NCBI GenBank assembly: GCA_964590105.1
Contig: CAZPYM010000001.1
Coordinates: 1,022 to 65,021, forward strand
DNA length: 64,000 nucleotides
Source of the DNA: an uncultured Gammaproteobacteria bacterium
GTDB taxonomy: Bacteria > Patescibacteriota > Patescibacteriia > UBA11705 > JABHMO01
Direction: 5' to 3'
Shown here: positions 48,363 to 58,501 of the stretch, in pieces
Numbering within the stretch: position 1 is the first letter of the stretch
Layout: each line of letters starts with the position of its first letter
Translations under genes and position numbers: made by a program
The notes under the pieces: model-generated
Told to the model about the DNA's origin: nothing
Databases searched by the model: none
The model's input: the letters and a program-made list of their open reading frames with translations, nothing else

Positions 48363-49640
48363 TTATTTTAACTTCATCAAATGCACTTCATGCGTTTCTT
48401 TGTCGGTAAAGTATAGGTTTGAGCCGTCTTCGGAAACCTGCATTTGTTCGATTGTAAAGCCGTATTGCGGCTCGGCGATGAAGCTTTTGACTCCGGTTTG
48501 CAGATTGACTTTGTAAATATAATCCGGAATATCATCCGCCAGGCGGGGAACTAAACCGGCGCCGTAAGGCATTTCTTTTGGCACGGCGCAATACATAATA
48601 TCGGCTGACTCAAAGGTGCATTTGCTGGCCCAGGTATTGAGCTTCAGGCTGTTGTGATTGTAGCCGACACTGTCGCCGACCGCATCAACAACATGGAGCA
48701 GAGGTTTATGGTCACTGAAAGCGTTTTGTGCGCTGTAAACAAGCTTTGAACCATCGGGCGTCCAGGCGGTTTCCAGCGCGTAGCCATTGACAGTAATCGC
48801 TTTGAATTTTTCATCGTATTGTCCGACGAAATATAGCTTGGCCGTGGAGCCTGTCTCGCCGGTTTTGTACTGAGCGATCATTTTGTTATTTGGTGACCAG
48901 TCAATTTTAAAATCTTTGTAATCATCGCCCATGTATTCAAGATAATTTTGTCCGGATCCGTCGGCATTGGCAATGCCCATGAAACGATATTCTTTGTTTT
49001 GATTTAAATCTTTGAAAGCGATTTTACTGCCGGTCGGGCTGAAACTGAAATCACTCCAGTCTTTTGGCAAGGATATTTGTTTTTCAGTTTTGAAGTTAAA
49101 TAAGATATTACTGCTATCCGGAAATTCCAAAATTGCTTGATCTTTTGTCGGGCTCCAGGCAATATTCTGGACATCTTTGTAGGTTTTGTCAGACAAAGAT
49201 ACTTTATTGCCGCGGTCGTCAACTGTATAGAATTTTCCAGAATCAGCATTGTAAATCATGGCGTTGTCACCGGTAGAATCAAGAGTAATCTTTGCGGCCG
49301 GCTCATAATCAAGCGTTATCACTTTTGTCAGGCCGCCCTTGGCAATTTGATCCACTTGCACGCCTAATGGTTCAGCCGGAATTTTAGTAACTGCCTTGGG
49401 CGTGACTTTTTCAACGCCGATTTTTTCTTCGCCGACCTCTTCGCCGACTAAACCAGGTTGAAGACCTTCATCTGCTCCGGGTAGCTGGCCGATCACGCCT
49501 TCTTCTGGCGCAGGCAGGGCCGGGGGCAGGGCTGGTTTGAAGAACAAAGAATAGATAAAATAAGCAATGACAAGACAAATTACAATAAAACCGGCAATAA
49601 TCGCGATTTTTTTCCAATCAACATTCTGAAGATTAAACAT
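48363..49640 (-). CDS. membrane-anchored TolB-like beta-propeller protein
   Basis: N-terminal TM; repeated WSP/FSP/WTPDG blades. Confidence 0.75.
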   Translation of the reverse strand: MFNLQNVDWKKIAIIAGFIVICLVIAYFIYSLFFKPALPPALPAPEEGVIGQLPGADEGLQPGLVGEEVGEEKIGVEKVTPKAVTKIPAEPLGVQVDQIAKGGLTKVITLDYEPAAKITLDSTGDNAMIYNADSGKFYTVDDRGNKVSLSDKTYKDVQNIAWSPTKDQAILEFPDSSNILFNFKTEKQISLPKDWSDFSFSPTGSKIAFKDLNQNKEYRFMGIANADGSGQNYLEYMGDDYKDFKIDWSPNNKMIAQYKTGETGSTAKLYFVGQYDEKFKAITVNGYALETAWTPDGSKLVYSAQNAFSDHKPLLHVVDAVGDSVGYNHNSLKLNTWASKCTFESADIMYCAVPKEMPYGAGLVPRLADDIPDYIYKVNLQTGVKSFIAEPQYGFTIEQMQVSEDGSNLYFTDKETHEVHLMKLK

Positions 49641-49670
49641 AAGTTTATTTTTATTATTATTTGATTGTTG

Positions 49671-51395
49671 TTAGAAAAGTTGCGTGATAAAGTCAAAAAG
49701 AGTATCAAGGTCAATTATTTCCCCGAGAAGCTTGGCCGTAAAAAACAGAACGATTAAGACCATGATAAAAGGCAAAAGCATTTGAATTATGGTTAGGATA
49801 CAACTGCATCCCAGGCAACAGCAAAATATCCGGTCGGTTGTTTTTCCTTTATCTTTGAAAAATTCATCGAGAAAATCAGGGATCATGAACATGCCCTTTA
49901 GATTTAGGATTATTCTAATCAACGTTCCCACTGCCGGAGCAACCGGAATGCAACATTTGCCCTTGAGCATTCGTCCGAGAGTTTTTTGTAAGCCCTTGGC
50001 TTTTGATCCTTGCGAAGCGCTTGCGGCGGCCTCGGCGGCTCGCGCTTTTAGTCCTTTTCCTTTTTCTTGTTGCGACCTGGCTTCCTGCTGGTTGCGTTGT
50101 AATTCTCTTTTCTTGGCGTCTTGTTCTTGTGGTGAAACAGTGTCTAGCTTTTGAGCGGGACCTTTTCCTTTCGGTTGAACGAGTGAAGGCGCTCCGGGCG
50201 GTGTTTTACTGCCTGCGTCTTCACCGATTTTTGACGTTGCTCGACCGCCCATTGTTTTCTCCCATTTTTTGTTCATCGCTGCTTCTTTTCTTGCTCCAGC
50301 TTGATTCATTTTAGTCATGGAACCTGGAACTGATTTTCCGCCGGGTTTTGTTAATTGCTCCATTTCTTTTTTTCGCTGTTCGTCAATTGGTTTTTGGCGG
50401 TCAATTCTTGACTTAGCGGCTTTTTCAAAATTAATGTCGCCGGTGGCTTTGCCACCTAATGGTTCTGCAAATCTTGGCTTCGCGCCGTTTTGAGCTTTTG
50501 TTTCTGGCTTTTGGTTTTGTTGGCGCTTGAGTTCACGTTTTATGCCCTGTTGATATTGAGCAAGTGGCGTTGCTTTGATTTTAGGGTTTTCTTCTTGATT
50601 TTTCTGTTGCGCTTGCGCGTCAGCCTGCTTTTTCTGTGCTTTGCCCTTTTCTTTCACTTTATCGCCGGCTTTTTCAATTTTTTTACCAGCCTTTTCAACT
50701 CCCTTGCCGGCTTTATCTACACCTTTACCAGTTGCTTTAGCTCCCTTCCCACCCAAACCCGCAAGTTTGCCGACTGCTGATAACGGAACACCAACGATAG
50801 CCCCTAATTTAGTTGCACTTAAGGCTTTGCCAGCTGCATCAAGTCCTTTACCTGCTACTTCTAATCCTTTACCTGCTACTTCTACGCCTTTGCCCGCTAC
50901 TTGTACGCCTTTGCCCGCTACTTTCATTCCTGTGCCCGCTGCTTTTGCTCCTTGCCCCGAGGCTTTCTTTACTTGACCGGATTTTGATTTAGGGCTTTCT
51001 GGTTGTGTGTTTTGATTAGACAAATGTTCATTTGCCGCGCTGGCATTTTCAGGTGTTATCCCTTCCTTATTTATTTTGTTTTCTGGGTCTTGTGAATCCT
51101 GTTGTTGTTCTAGTCCTTGTGCGGATTCATCTCTAGCACGTTGCTTGTATTGTTCCATTGTGTCGCCGGTTCTTTCCATTTCTGATTTAGTTCTGTTAAC
51201 GGCCTCCTCTCTTTGTGGTGCTAATGGCTTGTAACCCTCAACAGTGTCTTTAAATTCAGCATCCTGTTTTTTTAGTGCCTCTGGGTCTCTTTGCATCAAA
51301 CTAAGATCACGTTGACGTGAAAACTTTTGTTTAGTTTCTTCTCTTGATTTTTGTAGAGACGCAAGAGTTTTATTTTTATCTGATTGATTTGTCAT
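49671..51395 (-). CDS. hypothetical Lys/Gln-rich protein with GKGxxxA heptad repeats and C-terminal Cys-rich TM segment
   Basis: 574-aa ORF; 21-bp DNA repeats; C-terminal CCCLGCSC followed by hydrophobic helix. Confidence 0.75.
   Translation of the reverse strand: MTNQSDKNKTLASLQKSREETKQKFSRQRDLSLMQRDPEALKKQDAEFKDTVEGYKPLAPQREEAVNRTKSEMERTGDTMEQYKQRARDESAQGLEQQQDSQDPENKINKEGITPENASAANEHLSNQNTQPESPKSKSGQVKKASGQGAKAAGTGMKVAGKGVQVAGKGVEVAGKGLEVAGKGLDAAGKALSATKLGAIVGVPLSAVGKLAGLGGKGAKATGKGVDKAGKGVEKAGKKIEKAGDKVKEKGKAQKKQADAQAQQKNQEENPKIKATPLAQYQQGIKRELKRQQNQKPETKAQNGAKPRFAEPLGGKATGDINFEKAAKSRIDRQKPIDEQRKKEMEQLTKPGGKSVPGSMTKMNQAGARKEAAMNKKWEKTMGGRATSKIGEDAGSKTPPGAPSLVQPKGKGPAQKLDTVSPQEQDAKKRELQRNQQEARSQQEKGKGLKARAAEAAASASQGSKAKGLQKTLGRMLKGKCCIPVAPAVGTLIRIILNLKGMFMIPDFLDEFFKDKGKTTDRIFCCCLGCSCILTIIQMLLPFIMVLIVLFFTAKLLGEIIDLDTLFDFITQLF
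50824..50925 (-). repeat. 21-bp coding tandem repeat (GKGVEVA)n
   Basis: CCTTTACCTGCTACTTCTAAT / CCTTTGCCCGCTACTTGTACG units. Confidence 0.8.
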
Positions 51396-51418
51396 CTGAA
51401 GTTACTTTTTGAGCCAAT

Positions 51419-53839
51419 TTATTTAACTATAATTTTGTTTTGATGTTTACTTAAGTTTAGAGTTTTCTTTTTTTGTGTCATCAGTGTTTCCATTAGATTA
51501 TTTTCAATCTGCTGTTTGATAATATTTTGCACGGCTCTTGCCCCGCTGTTCTCGGCGGCCGCCTGTTTTGCCAGGAAGGCGACAATGGGCGAAGAAAATT
51601 TTAGAGCAACATTTTTTTTCTGAAGTTTTTTAAGAAGAATATTTAATTCTTTTCTGGTTATTGCTTCCAGGTCTTTGGCGGTGAGAGAATTAAAAATAAT
51701 TATGTTATTGATCCTGTTGATAAGTTCAGGTTTGAATTGTTTTTTTAGTTCAGGTAAATGCGCGGAAAGTTTATTGGTATTTTCTTCCGATGAATTGAAT
51801 CCCAGAGTGCCGGCAGACAGTTTATCAGCCAAAATATTTGAGGTCATGAAGATGATGGCGTTTTTGAAATTTATTTTTTTGCCGGCGCTGTCAGTCAGGT
51901 GGCCGTGCTCAAGTATTTGCAATAATAAATCCAGCACGTCAGGATGAGCTTTTTCGATCTCATCCAGGAGCAGGATGCAGTGCGGATTTTTTCTAACTAA
52001 ATCAGTAAACTTATTTGCTTCGCGATAGCCGACATAGCCGGCCGGCGCGCCAATCAGTTTGCTGGATTGAAATTTTTCATTGAATTCCGACATGTCCAGT
52101 TGGATGAATGCTTCGCTGTCTTTGAACATCAGTGCGGCTAATTCCCTGACCAGCGAGGTTTTTCCGCTACCGCTCGGGCCAAGCAGGAGAAAGCTGGCCA
52201 ATGGCCGATTTTCGTCAGCCAGTCCCAATTTGGCATGTGAAATCGTTTTGATGACTTGTTGAATTTGTTCATCTTGGCCGATAATAATTTTTTTCAATTG
52301 ATTGCTGATTTTTCCGAGCCGCCGGTATTCATCCTCTGTTAATTCGGCAATCGGGATTTTTGTTTTTTGTGAAACCATGTTCAGAATGTCTATTTTGGTA
52401 ACTTTTGAATGGTTTGCCTTGTGGATAAGTTTTTCGCTCAGTTTTTTTAATTCAGCCGCTAGGCCTTGTTCAGTTTGCTTGATTTTAATGGCTTGATTAA
52501 AATTTTCCGACAAAACAGCTTGTTCTTTTTCAACGCGAGCTTTTTCCAGCTGATCTTCGAGTAGCAATCGGCGGCGGAATAATTTGTCGCGTGACTGATA
52601 TTTGATTTTTACTTTGGCTGCGGCTTCGTCGATTAGATCAATGGCTTTGTCGGGAAATAATTTATCCTGAATGTAGCGCTGGCTAAGGGTTACCGCCGCT
52701 TCGAGAGCGTCATCGGTAAATTCAACTTGGTGAAAATTTTGATAGTTTTGTTTTACTCCGCGCAGGATTTCCAGCGTTTGTTCCGGCGTTGGCTCAGACA
52801 AATATATTGGCTGGAAGCGTCGGTCCAGCGCCGGGTCGGTTTCAATATGCTTTTTGTATTCATTCATGGTGGTGGCGCCGATACAGCGCAGGCGGCCGCG
52901 CGACAGCATTGGTTTCAGCAGATTGGCCGCATCCATCGTGCCTTGGGCAGAACCTGCGCCCATGATATTGTGAAGCTCGTCGATGAAAAGGATAATATTG
53001 GGATTTGATTCAACTTCGTCCATAATCATTTTGAGCCGATTTTCAAATTCTCCGCGATACATAGTGCCGGCAACAATAAGGCCGAGATCAAGGTTTAAGA
53101 TTTTTTTATTTAATAATATTGAAGGCGCGCTTTTTTCCATTATTTTTCTCGCCAATCCTTCAACTATCGCTGTTTTGCCGACTCCGGCGTCGCCAAGGAG
53201 CACAGGATTGTTTTTGTCTTTACGACAAAGAATCTGAATTAGGCGTTGTATTTCTTCTTCTCTGCCGATCACCGGATTGAGATCTTTTTGATTTTGCTCG
53301 TTGGTCAGATCGGTTGTAAAACAATCAAGCGCGGTTGGAGCTTGATTATTAGCTTGAGGGATATTTATATTTTGGGGATTTAATTTAAAAATTTTAGAAA
53401 AATTGGGAATATGGGAACTGCTTTTAAAAACCGTAACTAAATGTTTTTTAATTTTTTCTTTTTGCCAGTTGGCAGGTACTATTTTGTCAACCGGTAATTC
53501 AAGAAGCGCAGACAAAAGGTGCTCTGTGCCAATGTAATGATGTTTGTGTTGATAAGCAATATTTGCCGCGCGTTGAAAAGATTGTTTGGTTTCATTGCTC
53601 ATGGCTGGTATAAAATTTGAATCAGTTTTTAGAACAGATGATTTTTCTTGTTTGGCAATTGGTTTTAATTGGGCTAAGATATCAAAAGCTAAACAACCTT
53701 TGGTTTTTTCGAGCGCGCTAAGTAAATGTTTTGGATAGAGCTCAGCCGCGCCCGCCAGCTGGCATATTTGAACAGCCCGGCGAATGGTCTCAATAAGTTT
53801 TTCAGAAAAGGCGAGCATATGGCAAGTATAATTCGACAA
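51419..53839 (-). CDS. clpC: ATP-dependent Clp protease ATP-binding subunit (ClpC-like)
   Basis: Clp N-domain (GTEHLL), two AAA+ modules (GDAGVGKT; GPSGSGKT), KLIGAPAGYVGY, UVR-like middle domain. Confidence 0.9.
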   Translation of the reverse strand: MSNYTCHMLAFSEKLIETIRRAVQICQLAGAAELYPKHLLSALEKTKGCLAFDILAQLKPIAKQEKSSVLKTDSNFIPAMSNETKQSFQRAANIAYQHKHHYIGTEHLLSALLELPVDKIVPANWQKEKIKKHLVTVFKSSSHIPNFSKIFKLNPQNINIPQANNQAPTALDCFTTDLTNEQNQKDLNPVIGREEEIQRLIQILCRKDKNNPVLLGDAGVGKTAIVEGLARKIMEKSAPSILLNKKILNLDLGLIVAGTMYRGEFENRLKMIMDEVESNPNIILFIDELHNIMGAGSAQGTMDAANLLKPMLSRGRLRCIGATTMNEYKKHIETDPALDRRFQPIYLSEPTPEQTLEILRGVKQNYQNFHQVEFTDDALEAAVTLSQRYIQDKLFPDKAIDLIDEAAAKVKIKYQSRDKLFRRRLLLEDQLEKARVEKEQAVLSENFNQAIKIKQTEQGLAAELKKLSEKLIHKANHSKVTKIDILNMVSQKTKIPIAELTEDEYRRLGKISNQLKKIIIGQDEQIQQVIKTISHAKLGLADENRPLASFLLLGPSGSGKTSLVRELAALMFKDSEAFIQLDMSEFNEKFQSSKLIGAPAGYVGYREANKFTDLVRKNPHCILLLDEIEKAHPDVLDLLLQILEHGHLTDSAGKKINFKNAIIFMTSNILADKLSAGTLGFNSSEENTNKLSAHLPELKKQFKPELINRINNIIIFNSLTAKDLEAITRKELNILLKKLQKKNVALKFSSPIVAFLAKQAAAENSGARAVQNIIKQQIENNLMETLMTQKKKTLNLSKHQNKIIVK

Positions 53840-54001
53840 GCTGGATTATTGTTATATTAATATCAAAATATCATTAGAACAACGAAACTGTTTTAATGCG
53901 CAGCTGTTTATATTTTTCTGCTAATATTGTATAATTAACAATGTTAAAAGTCAAAGAAAAAAGTTGATAAATAATCTAATAACTAAGGTTTTAAAAAAAA
54001 C

Positions 54002-55126
54002 ATGAAAAACAAGTATCTGGTAGGCGTTTTTTTGCTTTTAATTCTCTTTGTTCCATTGGCGGCGGGAGCTGTCGGATCCATGGATGAGAATATTTTTATT
54101 ACTAGGGAGCAAATCATTGATTACAATTATTGGCGGCTGGCTGGTACCCTCGATATTTCCGGAACAATGAAAAAAGATGTGGTGGCTCTGGCCGAGTCAG
54201 TAGTGATAGACGGCGTTATTGAGGGCGATCTGATCGGCGCGGCCAATACTTTGATAATTAATGGAGAAGTGAAAGGCAATGTGCGTTTCGTAGCCGAGAG
54301 TATCAAAATAAACGGTATAGTGGGCAAGAATTTGCTAACTGCAAGTTCATATTTGGAAGTGAATAAACCTGTCGGTTGGGGCATTACTGCTGCGGCTAAT
54401 GATTTTATTTTGAATTCCGAACAGCCGGCTGATGTGAATTTTTACGGACAGAATGCGCAGATCAAGAATAATATTGGCGGTAATTTATTTTTAAATACCG
54501 GCGAAAACGGCCAGGTGGCTTTTTCCGACGACATTCAGGTCGGTGGAGACTTTGAATACTCGCCAACCAAACAGTCGATGGAAAATTTTGACAAGGTGTT
54601 GGTCGCCGGCCAGTCAAAACAATTGGAAAGTAATAGGGGACAGGGATTACTTGGCGCGGAGTGGAATTATATTTATCTGTACAGTCGTTTGATTTATTTC
54701 TTCGGTTTGTTGCTGATTGGCTATATTTGTTTGAGCTTTTTACCGCGTCTAACCGGCGCCTTGGCTGAGATTGTTTCGGCCAAGCCGTTAATTTGCTTTA
54801 ACAGGGGATTCTGGTGGTTGATTTTAACTCCCCTTGCCTGTTTAGTCGCCGCCCTCACAATTATTGGTCTGCCTTTGTCTATGATTGTCGCCGGTTTATA
54901 TGTAATCGCATTTTATATTTCAAAAGTATTTGCCGGGCTGGCGATTGGTTTGTATTTATTCAAAAAACAAGAGCAAGGCAAAAATAAATTCTGGCCCATG
55001 TTCCTGGGTTTATTTATCGTTGTTGTTCTGATTTCCTTACCTTTTGTGGGCTTTTTGTTCAGCTTAATTGTCGGGACTATGGGAATGGGCGCGGTTTATT
55101 TATTAATTAGAAAACCAGTAAAGTAA
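54002..55126 (+). CDS. polymer-forming cytoskeletal (bactofilin-like beta-helix) membrane protein
   Basis: Signal peptide, repeated I.G.I.GD/V.GN beta-helix units, several C-terminal TM helices with TIIGLPL. Confidence 0.75.
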   Translation: MKNKYLVGVFLLLILFVPLAAGAVGSMDENIFITREQIIDYNYWRLAGTLDISGTMKKDVVALAESVVIDGVIEGDLIGAANTLIINGEVKGNVRFVAESIKINGIVGKNLLTASSYLEVNKPVGWGITAAANDFILNSEQPADVNFYGQNAQIKNNIGGNLFLNTGENGQVAFSDDIQVGGDFEYSPTKQSMENFDKVLVAGQSKQLESNRGQGLLGAEWNYIYLYSRLIYFFGLLLIGYICLSFLPRLTGALAEIVSAKPLICFNRGFWWLILTPLACLVAALTIIGLPLSMIVAGLYVIAFYISKVFAGLAIGLYLFKKQEQGKNKFWPMFLGLFIVVVLISLPFVGFLFSLIVGTMGMGAVYLLIRKPVK

Positions 55127-55271
55127 TGAAATTAATTAAGTTAATTAATTTAATCAGGTTAACTAAGTTAATTAACTAATTAACAAATCTCCGCCAAAGG
55201 CGGCGTCACCTATGGCGCAAACGAATTAACCAATACCTGTCCGTCCTTGGCGGAAATAAAACAATAAAATT

Positions 55272-56609
55272 ATGTCTATTGATGAGACAATTTTCAAAGC
55301 TTACGATTTCCGCGGGATATATCCGACGCAATTTAATGAAGAAATAATGGCGCGTATCGGTCGGGCGTTTGTACAGTATTTTAATATTAAGGAATTAATG
55401 GTTGGTCGGGATATGCGTATTTCCGCGCCGCAAATGTCAGACGCTTTTATTGCGGGCGCAGTAAAGCAGGGAGCAAAAGTAATTAAACTCGGACTTATCA
55501 GTACGGATACGCTTTATTTCGGAGCCGGCAAGTACAATTCTTACGGCGCCATGATAACAGCTTCGCACAATCCAAAAGATTATATCGGCGTAAAATTTTG
55601 CCGGCCTGGCGCAGAGCCGATTGGCCGCGATTCCGGACTTTTGGAAATTCAAAAACTTGTTCTTGATAATGAATTTGTGGCGACTGAACAAGGTTTTGTT
55701 GAGGAAAAACAAAATATATTAAAGGAATTTGCTGAACATTGTCATGGGTTTATTGATAAAGAAAAAATAAAGCCGCTCAAAATTGTTGTTGACGCTGGTA
55801 ATGGCATGGCCGGGAAAATTGTGCCGGAAGTTTTTGCCGGATTACCGTGTGAAATTATTCCGCTTTATTTTGCACTCGACGGCAATTTTCCAAATCATCA
55901 GCCAAGCCCGATTGAACTGGAAAACAATCTTGATTTGATCGCCAAAGTGAAAGAAGTCAATGCTGATTTGGGATTGTCTTTTGACGGCGACGCTGACCGA
56001 GTATTTTTTATTGATGAAAAAGGTGAAATGATTGACAGCTCGTGGATTACGGCTATGATTGCCAAGAAAATGCTGGAAAAAACTCCGGGCGCCACTATTA
56101 TATATAATGTGGTTGTAAGTAAGGCTGTGCCGGAATTGGTGGGAAAAATGGGCGGCAAGTCGTTTATGAGCAAAGTTGGACATTCGTATATTAAGCAGGA
56201 CATGAAAGAAACCGGCGCGGTTTTTGCCGGCGAACATTCGGGACATTACTATTTCAAGGAAAATTTTCGCGCGGATAGCGGGATTATTGCTGCTTTGATT
56301 GTGATTCAGATGCTTAGCGAAGCAAATAAGCCATTTTCAGAATTGATTCGAGAGTTTCAAACATATTTTAAAATTGAAGAAACAAATTCAAAAGTTGAAA
56401 GCGTTGAGGCAACTTTAAATAAACTCAAGGAAAAATTCAAAGCAAATATTACGCAGGAATTTGATGGCATCACTTTTGACTTCGTCGATTGGTGGTTCAA
56501 TGTTCGGCCGAGTAATACTGAGCCGGTTTTGCGTTTGAACCTGGAAGCGAAGACAAAAAAAGTAATGGAAGAAAAAATAGCTGAAATATTAAAAATAATT
56601 CGGAAATAA
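55272..56609 (+). CDS. manB: phosphomannomutase/phosphoglucomutase
   Basis: FKAYDFRG, TASHNP, FDGDADR, GEHSGH, RPSNTEP. Confidence 0.93.
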   Translation: MSIDETIFKAYDFRGIYPTQFNEEIMARIGRAFVQYFNIKELMVGRDMRISAPQMSDAFIAGAVKQGAKVIKLGLISTDTLYFGAGKYNSYGAMITASHNPKDYIGVKFCRPGAEPIGRDSGLLEIQKLVLDNEFVATEQGFVEEKQNILKEFAEHCHGFIDKEKIKPLKIVVDAGNGMAGKIVPEVFAGLPCEIIPLYFALDGNFPNHQPSPIELENNLDLIAKVKEVNADLGLSFDGDADRVFFIDEKGEMIDSSWITAMIAKKMLEKTPGATIIYNVVVSKAVPELVGKMGGKSFMSKVGHSYIKQDMKETGAVFAGEHSGHYYFKENFRADSGIIAALIVIQMLSEANKPFSELIREFQTYFKIEETNSKVESVEATLNKLKEKFKANITQEFDGITFDFVDWWFNVRPSNTEPVLRLNLEAKTKKVMEEKIAEILKIIRK

Positions 56610-56691
56610 GCGGATAATTCGGAGGAAGAAGAGGATTAAAGAAGATTGAAAAAGATAGTTTGTTGAAAGGTGAGATAAAATAGCTAAAATT

Positions 56692-56727
56692 AAAACAGCC
56701 TGGGGCGCGGTGGCGTGGGGCTGTTTT
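56692..56727. terminator. terminator between convergent genes
   Basis: AAAACAGCC...GGCTGTTTT. Confidence 0.5.
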
Positions 56728-56736
56728 GTTTGTTTA

Positions 56737-57027
56737 CTATATGGGTTTGATCCAGCTTTCGTTTTCAGCGAGAAAGCCTGTAACACGATCATAGGCGGCC
56801 ATGTGATCATCCGGCGCGACTTCGCGCAAAAGATCGTGAAGCGCGCAGCTTAATTCGGAACTGGTATGCGGGGATAGCAGGATTACCTCTTGCTCCATTT
56901 TGGGAAAGCCGTTCTCATACAGAATTTTGATTCTGAGGCAAAGAGTCGGCTCTACTTGCCGATGAAATTCACTGAGTTCTACTTCGCAGCCTTCTCGTGG
57001 TGGCAAAAGAATTACTCTGACTGCCAT
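56737..57027 (-). CDS. orphan hypothetical protein (96 aa)
   Basis: GGAGGG SD before ATG 57027. Confidence 0.55.
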   Translation of the reverse strand: MAVRVILLPPREGCEVELSEFHRQVEPTLCLRIKILYENGFPKMEQEVILLSPHTSSELSCALHDLLREVAPDDHMAAYDRVTGFLAENESWIKPI

Positions 57028-57044
57028 GTTCTTCCCTCCATTGG

Positions 57045-57350
57045 TTATACTCTCACGAAATACGGCCATTCGATTACGATTGCGCGAATAATCTTGAGGG
57101 CTTCTTCCGGATTCCAAATGCCTTCAAGTGCTTTATTAAACTTCAGTTGAAGTCTCCACAAACAAGAATTGAGCCTGTCTGCGCGAGTTGTCGCGACAAA
57201 TTCAGCCAGAATATCAGGCGGTAATGGTAGTCTTTTGTTAATCTTGAGCAATTGTATTATTATCACTGCTGTTAAGTTGTGGCATACGCGATCCGGAATG
57301 ATACGAAGTTCCCATACATTCAGAGAAGCGCTGACGGTAGCTTTTCCCAT
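57045..57350 (-). CDS. orphan hypothetical protein (101 aa), possibly frameshifted from the upstream 24-aa ORF
   Basis: ATG 57350; upstream SD-led ORF 57355-57429 joins it if one G is removed from the G5 run. Confidence 0.5.
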   Translation of the reverse strand: MGKATVSASLNVWELRIIPDRVCHNLTAVIIIQLLKINKRLPLPPDILAEFVATTRADRLNSCLWRLQLKFNKALEGIWNPEEALKIIRAIVIEWPYFVRV

Positions 57351-57467
57351 GTGTTTACCCCCATGCAATGATTCGCACTTGGAAATATCTTGATTCGGTT
57401 TCCAGTGTTACGGAAATGCCATTATTCATGAGGCCTCCTTTGATTGTTAGTGAACAAATATTATTAG

Positions 57468-57496
57468 AATTTACATTGTTTAGTTAATTTTGTCAA
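57468..57496 (-). promoter_or_regulatory. sigma70-type promoter of the orphan operon
   Basis: Minus strand TTGACA-17 bp-TAAATT, followed by AAAGGAGG SD. Confidence 0.6.
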
Positions 57497-57612
57497 GGAG
57501 AGGTGTTTTTTATTTTATTGATTTTTTATGCTTTTACAATTATACTGAAGAAATAGTAATCGGGTGTTTTGTCTTGTTGCCTTATTCCGCCTTATTTAGC
57601 CATATTATAATT

Positions 57613-58476
57613 ATGATAGGAATTTTTGACAGCGGTCTTGGCGGTTTGACCGTATTAAAAGAGATTAAAAAAGTTTTGCCGGAATACGATTATCTGTACC
57701 TTGGCGATACGCTTCATCTTCCATATGGAAACAGATCTGACGGGGGTGTTTATGATTTAACAAAAAATGCCTGCGATTATTTATTTGAACAAGGATGTAA
57801 ATTAATTATCATTGCCTGTAATACGGCAACGGCAAAGGCGCTAAGAAAATTGCAAACAGAGTATTTGAAAGAAAGACAAACAGCACAAGGGGAACAGGTT
57901 AATATTCTTGGAGTGGTGAGACCGATGGTTGAAGCGGTGGCAAAAATTGGAAAGAAAAAAGTCGGGGTGATTGGAACAAGGGGAACTGTTAATTCTAAAA
58001 TTTATATGCTAGAATTGAAAGAGCAAAGAGAAAATCAAGATTCAAGCGTCAAGCTTCAAGAACAACAAGCAGTAAAAAACAAATTTGAAATTTTTCAAAA
58101 CTCGTGTCCATTGCTCGTGCCGTTGATCGAAGAGGGCTGGCTCAAACGAAAAGAATTAAAATCCATTTTAAGATATTATTTGCGGCCGCTAAAGTCGGCG
58201 CAGGTGGAAGTTTTAATTCTTGGCTGTACTCATTATCCTTTGTTGTTAGAACAAATCAAAAATATTATGGGGCGGCGTTGTCAGGTTCCCAATCCCGGAG
58301 AGATTGTAGCTAAGTCATTGAAAGATTATTTACAAAGGCATTCTGAAATTGAGAATGGCCTGGAAAAAAATTCGCAAACAAAATATTTGGTAACTGATTT
58401 AAATGATAATTTTCAACAACTGGCCCGCCGGTTTTTGGGGCAGGAGATTGAAATTCGACAGATAGATTTAAAATAA
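57613..58476 (+). CDS. murI: glutamate racemase
   Basis: IGIFDSGLGGLTV, PYG, IACNTA, ILGCTHYP. Confidence 0.96.
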   Translation: MIGIFDSGLGGLTVLKEIKKVLPEYDYLYLGDTLHLPYGNRSDGGVYDLTKNACDYLFEQGCKLIIIACNTATAKALRKLQTEYLKERQTAQGEQVNILGVVRPMVEAVAKIGKKKVGVIGTRGTVNSKIYMLELKEQRENQDSSVKLQEQQAVKNKFEIFQNSCPLLVPLIEEGWLKRKELKSILRYYLRPLKSAQVEVLILGCTHYPLLLEQIKNIMGRRCQVPNPGEIVAKSLKDYLQRHSEIENGLEKNSQTKYLVTDLNDNFQQLARRFLGQEIEIRQIDLK

Positions 58477-58501
58477 ATTAAATAATACAAAAAAATAAAT
58501 T

